A stretch of DNA of 64,000 bases from Octopus sinensis (taxonomy: Eukaryota), in contig NC_043003.1 of the NCBI RefSeq assembly GCF_006345805.1, positions 5,208,001-5,272,000 of the forward strand. Reading direction: 5' to 3'. Within the stretch, counting starts at the first letter, position 1. Each line of letters starts with the position of its first letter. A program made the translations under genes and the position numbers. Positions 53,196-64,000 of this stretch are shown in pieces. The notes beneath the pieces were generated by a model, which saw only the letters and a list, made by a program, of their open reading frames with translations, did no database searches and had not been told where the DNA came from.

Positions 53196-54759
53196 CTGTG
53201 AGGGAGTATTCATAGATGTGTGTGAGTACTCGTGCGTGTGTTAGTGGCTGTGCGCTTTTGCGTATTCGATTCGTATATACGTACAAACATACTAACAAAA
53301 GCATATATATAAATACATACATATACGCACCATTCTCATAACATATATATATGGTTATGTATGTACACACACACATGCATACACATACAGTTTTTCTTTC
53401 ACACACGCACACTAATTGTCGTAATTTTCTATAGCTACTCTGTGTATTTCTCCACGCATCTTTGTCTCTCTCTGTCTGTCTCTCTCTCTCTCTCCTCTGT
53501 CTCTCACACTCACTCTTTTCCTCACTCACGCACAGCCTTCCTACTCGTATTTTCTCATTCCTGTCCTCTTTCATGCTTCTCCATATTCTATCTTTCTCAC
53601 TTCCACTTCCATTTACATTTTACTCTCTCTCTCTCACTTCACTCATCCCCCTCCTACCCCTATACTGTCTCTATATTCTTGTTCTATGAAATCGTTGGTG
53701 TCTGTAAAAATTCATTCAGCCTGATACAAATAGCAAGCAAATCTCCCTCGATTCATACGGTGCTCTTTTAAAAGTATTTGTGACTTGTAATATGTAGTCT
53801 AGAAAAAAAGAGTGTATGGTCATGGTTGGAAAGTCTTAGATCCTAGGTTCTTCCACTCAAGGCCAAACTTGTAAGAAGTAACATCCAGTTCTCTCCCTTA
53901 ATTCTCTTACACCTGTATTACCTATCTTTACTTCTCTCTCTAATTGTTTGTTTTATGCAATGCCAGTATTTCGCCTTCACAACTTACATTCTTAGATGTC
54001 TTGCAAACAACTTGCACATGCAAGTGCTACCAGTCAAAAACTCTGCATACCAGAAGCCAGTAGGTGTATGGGGTCATCAAGAGAGAATGCGCGCCGTTTC
54101 GGGGCCTACCTCTCGACGGCATCAATGCACCCCCCCCCACTCACTGATATGAGACCCCGCTTGCTAGATCAGCTGGTTATCAAATAAAGCTCAATATTCT
54201 TCTAGCCATCGCTCATCGTCTCTTTTTAACCAAATCCAGTGGCGAGCCTTCTCCACTGTAGTTTGGATATCGGTCATGGTGGTATTGACTTTACGATTAG
54301 TTAGGGCTAACGATAACAACAGTTTAGTTGAATCTCCAAATATCTAGTTCGTAAATAACAATATATCATAATGTTTTTATTTTATTTTATTTTATCGAAC
54401 AGTAGCTGACGGTTTATTCAGTACACTTGTCTCTCTACACTACAGGGCCATACGCAATGTTCTACGTTTACTAAATTCAAGATTTTAGCCGGCACAAGTC
54501 AACCATACGGTCTTCGGACTGCTTTTATCTGTCATTCTCTATATTTAGTCAACCATTATTCATACAATACTTAACCTGGCATTAACGATTGATATTTATT
54601 CGTAAACAATAGACCTACGTCAGAAATAGCACCAAAATATTCCCAAATCATTATTTTAAACATTCACTCTTTTCCAGCGGAAATCAGACAAATACCCTCA
54701 AATTTGCATTAACTCACCTGCAGTAATCTCTCGACTATCCTAAGTGTTACCTTCTAAAA

Positions 54760-55211
54760 CCCACCGCGATAAATGAAAATCCGCGGAGTAGAAACAGTAC
54801 TGTACTCTATATTTTATTATTTTATATGTATATATTTATTTTTTTATGTTCATATGTTTAAGCTTTTATGAACTCTCTCCTCTCACTTAGGAGTTTCGTC
54901 TTCCATAGAGTACCTGCGATTCTTTGTTTACTCATCTACGGTACACCACGTAATTTCTTTTGATATATTTTAATTAATATGTTATATAGAGCAGGTTCTG
55001 TATTTTTATTTATTAAATTATTAGATTAATAAATTTTAGGTGTGAAATTGCTTATTTTGCCACAGAAATAGTTAAACTCTAAAAAAATATTATTACCTAT
55101 CGGCCGCAGAAACACGTGATATACTGAGGAGTCCACAATATAAATTTACATATATCAGCCAGAAAAATCCGCGATGTACTGGAGGCGCGATAGGTGAACA
55201 GCGATATGGCA
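54760..55211. mobile_element. Possible Tigger/pogo-type MITE remnant
   Basis: cgcgataggtgaacagcgatatggc resembles Tigger-like subterminal motifs; related ccgcgataaatgaaaatccgcg at 54765. Confidence 0.35.
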
Positions 55212-55227
55212 TGTGATTATTATATAT

Positions 55228-55544
55228 ATATATTTCTTTATTACACACAAGGGGCTAAACATAGAGGGGACAAACAAGGACAGACAACGGGATCAAGTCG
55301 ATTACATCGACTCCAGTGCGTAACTGGTACTGGTTCCTCCTGATGATGTCTTGAGCTAACTGGATCCTATAAAGGAGCTGTTGCGGTAGCAAACCAAGAA
55401 ACACGGTTGTAATTCCTCCTTTATCGACCCCGAAAGGATGAAACGTAAAGTCGACCTCGGCGGAATTTGAACTCAGAACGTAACGGCAGACGAAATACGG
55501 CTACGCATTTCGCCCGGCGTGCTAACGTTTCTGCCAGCTCGCCG
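55228..55544 (-). mobile_element. Meta-type SINE with a ~89-bp foreign insertion
   Basis: 16-bp TSD tgtgattattatatat at 55212-55227 and 55545-55560; insert at 55332-55420. Confidence 0.88.
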
Positions 55545-55624
55545 TGTGATTATTATATATGTCAATCTCTGTTTTACGCCAGGAAGAAATATTTTGTGAC
55601 GCTTCCTCCGCTTTTTCTTTCTGA

Positions 55625-55775
55625 TTTTTAATTCTGCCGTGGTCGAGTTTGCCTTTAATCCTTTCGTGGTCGATAAAATAAGTTGACCAATGAAGGTCGA
55701 TATAATCGACTTACATTCCCATCCCACCCCCGCCACCGAAATTGCTGGGGTTTTTTTTGTTCCAAAATTTGAAAC
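55625..55775 (+). mobile_element. 5'-truncated older Meta-type SINE
   Basis: gtcgagtttgcctttaatcctttcgtggtcgataaaataag core; aaattgctgg...ccaaaatttgaaac tail. Confidence 0.75.
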
Positions 55776-56791
55776 TAATATACTACATTTATTGTTAACA
55801 CTGATATATTTTATTTATAATGGTTAATATTTAAATATTAAATATTTGAGTATTCAATATACAATAATTACGTTACTGCTTATATATTTAATTTATAATA
55901 GTCAAGCTACTGTTTATAAAACATTTATAACTGTCACGCTGTCGGTTAAATATTAAATGTATACTAGTTAAATTAAAGGTGAAATATTTAATGTAAACAG
56001 TTTTAGTTAACATACCGGTTATGTATTTACTTTCAATAGGTGAGATACGTTTCATATAATCAATTCATAATAATTAGTTAATTTTTATATATTTCACATA
56101 TAAGTTTTGCTAAGATACTATTTCTATATCAAATTTTGTAGTAGTCAAGGCAATGTGAATATAAAATAATTAAGTTAGTGTTCACATATTTAATGCATGT
56201 ACTTCGACTATTAATTGATGATTAATTGTGAATAAACATATTTAATTTTAGATGGATTAGGGACCCTAAGTGGGTAAGAAAATATCGTGATAGTTAAGTT
56301 ACTGTTGATATTTTGAATCTGTGGATGTTTAAGATTTTAACAAGAACTCGACAAGGGAAAGCAATACTAAACAAGGACTAAGGTAATTTTAGCATGAGAT
56401 AATTCCTGGCACACTCCGCTCTTATGCAAACCTCATCCAAAAAGCTTGAGGTTTAACTGTAAGAGAGTAGCGACGGCAGTCGGCTGGATTTAACAATACA
56501 AAGCCGACTCAGAGAGGCAGAATTGAGTATTTGCCTGCTTTTTACACGTAGGAAGAGCCTCACATCAGCAACTGGTTTCTGCGCACACGCGTCTTAGCGA
56601 TATAAATTGCATGTAACTTACATTCATAAATTTTCATAAATTTGCCCGCCAGCTCACGTGCACAAACACTTGTATGTATGTATGTATATACTTATATAGG
56701 TATGTGTATATATATATATCTTTACATATATAAATATAGAAATATATACAGACACAAATATATACAAATATATACACATATATACATACAT

Positions 56792-56829
<38 letters not shown>

Positions 56830-57453
56830 GCGCGCACGCACGCTCACACACACACACACACATATATAAGTATGTATGAATATATGTATGCATGTAACTT
56901 ATATTTGGCCTAAGGTATCGGAACACACCCACCGAATTCCATTGAAATCAACTTCTTCTTTCACCCTCTTTCTTTCTCGCTTTTCAAGTCTTCTTCTATA
57001 CAGAACCTCAATTCTACAGGAATCTTTCTTCCATTTTTCCTTCTTACAAACAATAAATGTGTAGAATCCCAGATGAACTTCGACCTTCATAGTTTGATAT
57101 TATTTTGTTCACTTCTGGCAGCATACATTGGAATTCCTTGCAAAATGAAATATTTTCTCAGGTGCAGTAATGTTATTGAGCAAAACCATATTTTAAACAA
57201 TTTTCTGAATCTATTGGAAGAATTTACAATCGCAATTTGCTATACCGTGCACAAATGATTTGGTATTCCACATAGTGAAGTGTTGCAAAATAAGGCATTA
57301 ATTTATGTCCTAGAAATATGTGTAACCTTTAATGTTTATGTATATAGGTCATTACATCTAGGATAGCATATCTATCGGTATATGTTTATATAAATTGTGT
57401 GTGTATGTGCGCACGCACCTATGTGTGAGTGCATGCACGGCTCTGTATGTCTG

Positions 57454-57485
<32 letters not shown>

Positions 57486-57704
57486 AATCGTAAGCGAGAC
57501 CCAGTGATTCTAAGTATAGGTTACTTTAAGTGGTGCTCAAACACTTCAAACTTACACTCCGATGTCTGTGCAGGGGATTATACCACAAGGTAAAGAAAGG
57601 CTATAGGAGGGATCAAGTTGAGCGGGTATAGAGGTAATTACAGGGATAAACAAATTACATAATTTACATTCGACAGATATTTGTCCTCATCTCGTTTGTT
57701 GTTG

Positions 57705-57750
57705 ACACAACATTTCAGCTGATATACCCTCCAGCTTTCATCAGGCGTCT
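57705..57750 (-). ncRNA. Minimal type-I hammerhead ribozyme motif in a PLE-like relic
   Basis: gacgc-CUGAUGA-A-AGCUG-gaggguauau-CAGCU-GAAA-U-GUU-guguc: 5-bp stem I, 5-bp stem II, near-palindromic stem III. Confidence 0.65.
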
Positions 57751-58319
57751 TGTGGAAATTTCGAACCTGGGTTCTCATTCCTAAGGTATTTTTAGATGTT
57801 ATTATCATTATTGTTATTGTTCAGGTCACTGCCTGGAATGGCACTTAACCACTATGCCCTATGAAGATGGAGTGAATTTTAGGGCTTATAAATCTAATAT
57901 GGATTCATCGTCTGTGTGAGTATGAAATATCTCCTCATATCTCCGGTAATTGCACCTACATTATGGATGGATTTACCTTTTCTGTGAAGCTAACAAGCTT
58001 TTTTAAAGCCTGTTATAAGACTGTACATCATTAGAGAACTTTGGAAGTCTGCTTACAATCTAAATTTGCTTTATATAGAACTATCTTCGATACTTCATGA
58101 GTGTAGCCTCACCCGCTAGGATGCTTGGAGAACTCATATGTGTTTCGGCTGATGAGTACGGGACACATTGTATTTGCTGCAATATTTGCAGCTTTTAATA
58201 AAGCTGGTCTTCGTATGAAACAATTGTACTGAAAAACTAATCCATTCTTGTTGCTTTTTTCTTGTGTATGTGTATATATATGTATATATGTATGCATATG
58301 TATATATGTATATGTATAC

Positions 58320-58351
<32 letters not shown>

Positions 58352-58565
58352 ATATATATGTCTATATATTTTGTATATATGTACATTTATATGCACATAT
58401 ATGCATATATATATGTATGTATATATATATGTATATATATATATCTATATATGTATATATATATATATCTATATATGTATATATATATATATGTGTGTGT
58501 ATATATATATATATAGGTGTATATATATATATATATATATATTATGTGTGGTGTATATATATATA

Positions 58566-58614
<49 letters not shown>

Positions 58615-58957
58615 CCACAACCCAAAATATAGGTACGGTATTAGTAACCAATATATGCTAAAGGAGAACGTAGCGTATGTAAATTGTTTCTGTAACAAAA
58701 TTTCGAGCTGATCATTTTATAATTACATAAAAATCGAAATGATAATTGAATTTAAAGCTAATTAGACAATTAAGGTAAAAACAAAAACACAACAGAAAAA
58801 GCAAACATATTTGCCATTTTTCTTCAAATTTTCTAAAAAAAAAAAAAAAGACTCTTAAAATTTGGAAATGGTGAGTGTCATATTTATAAACAGAAGAAAT
58901 TAAAAAGAATTTTCAATCATGTTACCAATTTGGTTAGTGAATATTACAACAACAACC

Positions 58958-58977
58958 ATAATATAATAATAATAATG

Positions 58978-59038
<61 letters not shown>
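58958..59038. repeat. (ATA)n microsatellite
   Basis: Direct inspection. Confidence 0.97.
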
Positions 59039-59040
<2 letters not shown>

Positions 59041-59246
59041 GCAGCGTTCACAATGCTTCGTTTTATATGTAGGAAGACCTATCAAATAAACATGAAAAGC
59101 CAAAGAATATTTCAAGATGTATGTAAAAAGTAAAGAATACTAGGAAGAGAAACTGTGTTATTTATAAAGAAGAAAAACATCCTGATAATGAGGAAGGGAA
59201 TAATACAGGATGAGTTAATATAATTACATAGAGGAAAGCGTAGAAA

Positions 59247-59318
<72 letters not shown>

Positions 59319-59462
59319 TATTATATAAAATCATATGTGTATGTATAGGTTTGGTGATACAAATAACAAAAATAGAACTCAAAATATGAATATACAAACG
59401 CGCGCACACACACATATATATGTATATATACATATATATTATATATATATATATTATATATA

Positions 59463-59494
<32 letters not shown>

Positions 59495-61934
59495 GATGTA
59501 TATATATGTGCGTGTATAAATATATATAAATATGTGTATGTATGTGTGTTTGTGTATGAAATATAATATAAACGAAAAATTAATTTATGTATGTTTATTT
59601 ATTCCAAATAAAAATCGAAACAATTCAAATATGTTCGCACTAATACTCTAAAGTGTCTTTGACTTACAATTGAAGTTGTTTTGCTAACTTTCAATTTTGC
59701 CTGCAATTCCCGTCTTTAATTTCCGAATTTTGCAATTATAAACATGCATTCCCCCACCCTATGCGTCCATACGCACACCCACACACAAACATACATCCCT
59801 GATTGTGCTTAGTGTATTCAATTTAAAGAGATGATATTCCTTAGTATGTCTCATTTTAATCGTTTCACTGTGAAAAGTACTCCATCTTTGCCAAAAATAT
59901 CCGCTACTCAAAAAAATAAAAGAAGTGTTTATAACTGTGCGATACGTTTCTCTGTATTTGATAATTAAATGCTTTATATTCATCCAAAGATGCATTGTGT
60001 TTTGTGACAGCCTGTGAATATGAATATTCCACGACAAGAATACTTTTGTTAATTTGAAGGAGTTCAGTCAAGCACTTATGGTACAATTTTTATCCCGGAA
60101 AATTTAAAATGTCTCCTGCTAAGAGAACAGAAATCATTGTTATTAAAATTCTCTTCGTTGAATCGTAAGTTTTAATATCAATTGAAATAAACTGGTGTCC
60201 ATTGAACAATAAACATTTACCTATCCGAAATAATATACATACAAAATATATTAACGACATTAGACCTACAAATATCAGTTTATGAGGTCGACATAAATGT
60301 GGAAATTATATGTATGACGTAATCAACAGGCAGATGCAGGACAAATACTAAATCAACCGATCAACTTGCGATGGACAGAAACTCTCGGAAAAAATCAAGA
60401 CATTGGAAAACAGGATGTGATTACGTTGCAGACAAGTCGAGAACGAGAGAGAAAGAGTGATTTAGGTAGAACGGAAAAGAATAGAGATAAATGATTTCAC
60501 GATAACAGGATCGAAGAAACTGAATACAGATTAACAGAAAACCAAAGTCGATTACTGAAATATTAGGAAAAAAGAATTGGAAATTGTAATGTCATAGTTA
60601 ATACTCTAAATATGCGGTAAATTATCCCAATTTTACGTTCTGGTTTACTTCATTAAAATTTGCTTTTCATCGCTGCAAAGTCGATGATGTAAAGAAGCAT
60701 TCAGATACTGAGTTCGGTGAAATTAGCTAATAACACTTCTGGTCTTCTCCCTAAATTACAAACGAGTAATAAAATGCAAAAGCGTCAGTGCGTCGAATAA
60801 AATCTTTTGTGGTATTTGTTCTCACTGTTTAGGTTATGAGCTGAAATCTTGCTGGGATCAACATAGTTTTTCATCTTTCAGGGATCGATAAATTAAAATA
60901 CCAGAAAAGTCCAGGGTTCACTGTAACTGACGAGCGCCCTCACTTCGATTGGTTTTGTCAGCTGGTAAACCTACCTGGGAATAATGTACTGAGGGGTGGG
61001 TGCTGCTGAGATTGCAGCACCTGAACTTAAGTGAGCTTTTGGTTGACCTCGGGGCGATGAAAGGAAACTATCAGTGAAGTAATATTTGAAATCAGATTGA
61101 AAGAGAATATATACTGCAAGGCATTATTATACGACGCTCTAAAGATTCTAATTTTTAAAAATTTAGGTATATAATTTTGGTGATGATGTCATAGGATTGA
61201 TGACGGCTTCGAAAATAATGGTAATTAAGGTGATGACGATATCTATGATGATGATGATGATGATGATGCTGCTGCTGCTACTGATGATGATGTTGATGCC
61301 ACCGTTGTTGTTGTAGCCGTAATGGTTGAAGCAATATTATGAAATACAAAAAAAGAGAGGGCATGATAGATAGATAGATAGATAGACAGAAAGAGAGAGA
61401 GAGAGGGAGAGAGAAACAAACAAACAAAAACAAAGACTGAATAAGAGAAAAAAATTGTGATAAGCGTTAAAAACGTATTGAAGCATAAAAATATATATAA
61501 ATATATAAAGAGAGAAAAAAAAACTAGAAATAAATATTAAAGATGGCGATTCTTCATCAAATACTAAATATTATAAAACTGCAGTGTTATATCGCCCTCC
61601 GCCCATTCAATAACAACTGTTTATTTATCGGCTTATATTAATTTTCATTTATTAAATTAAAGGCGAATAGGAAATAAACATGGACTGATATCGTGTATCA
61701 TAATTTGAATTTATTTGCTGCTATTACAATCTGGTAATTAGCAGGGAAATATTTGCACTGTTTACACGGTGTGATAGAAAAACGGCAATAATCGTATGAG
61801 TACATTGACAACGGCGGTCACGTTATTCATTATGCGTGGCACATTACACAGAAACCGCCAACTGTTGAACGACTTCATAAATAAGGTGATAATGGCAGTA
61901 TCGAGACATTAATGAAAAATATTTAACACTAATA

Positions 61935-61959
61935 ATGATTAAGGTAGTAGTAGTAGTAG

Positions 61960-61997
<38 letters not shown>

Positions 61998-62200
61998 ATA
62001 ATAATAATAATAATAATACTAATGATGATGATGATGATGCTGATGCTGCTGATGCTGCTAATGATGATGACGATGATAATGATGATGCTGATGGTGATGA
62101 TGCTGATGGTGATGCTGCTGCTGATGCTGATGCTGCTGATGCTGCTGCTGCTGCTGCTGCTGCTGATGATGACAACAACAATAGCAACAACAACATTCGC
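61935..62200. repeat. Compound (GTA)(CTA)(ATA)(GAT/GCT)n microsatellite
   Basis: Direct inspection. Confidence 0.95.
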
Positions 62201-63096
62201 CAAGGTGTTGTTGTGGTCACTTTAGTAAGGGTAATAAGATACTTTTGGATTGGAAATACGAAAGGCACCAAATGAGGCAGACTGACCATTCAAGCAAATG
62301 ATTCGAGCCGCATGGGGGTGGGGAGAGAATACAAGAACCCCTCTATTCCATCTTCGACCAATATTTGGGTATAGATGGGAATAACTCTAAGTAAATGAAT
62401 GCTTTCACAACAAGATGCAAAAATTAGTCAAAAAGTTTAAGAAATAATAATCTCAGCAGCAAAAGACACACTGACATATCAAGTTTTCGGTACCAGTTAT
62501 AAAATACGGTCTATAGCTTTGGTGAGGAGTTTGACACATTTTCCTTAAATCTTAATATGAAAAAAATTGTAAAATTTAACAACATATTACACTATATGCT
62601 TGGCACCAAGCATCTGCAGGTCCCTAGACATATGTGTAGTAGGAAATTTATTGAATATCATGATGTAATACACCGAGGCAACCGTTGCTGTAACCCATTA
62701 AAAACGCGCAAGAAAATATGCGACCGGACCGTTTGATTATCATATGAAAACAAGTTATATCCACGGCAGCAAGGTTCTCAAAAGAAGTTTACCTAGATTT
62801 CAAACAATAAAAAACAGAAAATCTCTCAGTTCATTTTTCACGCACTCTGTCTGTCTGTCTCTGTCTGTCTCTGTCTCTCTATCTCTCTCTCTCTCATTTC
62901 CATTCAGTATTATTTTCTCCTTGGGTCAACAAATTAAATATGATTTCAATTTCGTTTCGCGGAAATTTCTTCTTTCATCTCTGTTCTTTCTTTCCTCTTC
63001 TTTTCATTTCTTTCGAGACGAATCACCTTCAGAATATCATAGAACTTAAAATTAACAACTTGAACAGCATCTAACCATAATTCTACATTACACATC

Positions 63097-63149
<53 letters not shown>

Positions 63150-63154
<5 letters not shown>

Positions 63155-63285
63155 TCCGACGAAGAGCTCCGCTCGAAACGTTAACCCTCCTTCTTCCCTT
63201 CTTTCCTGAGCGTCCAATAATACTTTATTTGTTCCATGTCCTCGCGTTGTTGTGTTTTTTGTGTTTTCTTGTTTGGATTAACTAT
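63150..63285 (+). mobile_element. (TA)n-flanked PLE-like relic with hammerhead-like motif
   Basis: CCGACGA-A-GAGC-ucc-GCUC-GAAA-C-GUU; cctgagcg tail as in the 28500 family; (TA)n on both sides. Confidence 0.6.
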
Positions 63286-64000
63286 ATATATATATATATA
63301 TATATAATCGTAATTAACCCTTCAAATTTTACAGAGACACGTCAATCGCCTACACTAATTTTAAGTTAATGTAAAACCTATTTCTATTCTTAATTTCGAA
63401 GCACCTCGTGGTCAGGTATTTCATTTTAATATTTGCAATAAAATCCATCAATTGAATCAGTACATCAGTCGTTTCAAAAAGTCGCATCGAGCGAAACATG
63501 TGGTTAAGTGTTAACAATCACATTTTAATGTAAAATACAATGTATTATTTTCGACCTCTAATCCCCACCAGAGTCCTTTAATTGTCAGTGGTTTCGCGTT
63601 TATGATTATCGTTTGGAATATATTTGGGAATATATGTGAGTATTCGAATAGATTTGTAAGTTATGCGTGTGTGCGCCCTTGTCTATTTTCGATATGCAAT
63701 CATTATGTGATTTATTTTCAGAACAACTGATTACCTGAGCATTGACATCTTTTCGCTAGATGTGTATCTTTCTACGTAAACAAGGTGAAAATATAATCCA
63801 TACGGAGATTCTGAAGAAATTGTAGGGGTTCTCCTGCGGAATGTAACAGATAAAACTACTAACTTCCGGCGAAACATTTTTAGTTTTTTGTTCATTAAAA
63901 CCAACATTTGTTATTTGTTAAATTTTCATATCATTCCTAATTGGATTAGCCGCGATCAACAGAATCACTTCTGTTTTCGTAATTTTTCTCTAACTTTCCG

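Noticed and set aside
1154-55544. tRNA genes at SINE heads
   Set aside because: A/B-box-like heads continue into SINE bodies with TSDs; no complete cloverleaf
58110-58160. ctgatgagtac next to tttcgg as a hammerhead
   Set aside because: CUGAUGA and GAAAC lie on opposite strands; no three-stem fold on either strand
5119-59433. Dozens of ORFs rich in YI/HT/CV/MY dipeptides
   Set aside because: Translations of (TA)n, (CA)n and (TG)n microsatellites, which lack stops in some frames; not genes

Overview
AT-rich, microsatellite-dense eukaryotic DNA with no recognisable intact host gene. The SINE and repeat repertoire is most consistent with a coleoid cephalopod, probably Octopus (inference from family recognition; no database search was run). 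Almost all short ORFs in the track are translations of (TA)n/(CA)n/(TG)n or trinucleotide repeats. Real coding remnants are all transposon-derived: a GC-rich, 5'-truncated Tx1/L1-clade LINE RT fragment (35852-38163, minus) inserted in a (GATA/GACA)n tract; three R4/Dong-like REL-endonuclease LINE fragments; a Helitron PIF1-helicase fragment inside a composite Helitron/164-bp satellite block; and Penelope-like (PLE) remnants. Three tRNA-derived SINE families occur in many copies, several with clear target-site duplications. The most interesting signal is a set of short, mostly (TA)n-associated relics carrying minimal type-I hammerhead ribozyme motifs with palindromic stem III. They include canonical cores (44780-44830 and 57705-57750, both minus) and several core variants, among them an apparent compensatory G3:C8 swap inside a ~110-bp foldback (45765-46001). 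Other features are long foldbacks, an inverted-plus-direct-repeat rearrangement (34531-35482) and a ~487-bp tandem duplication.
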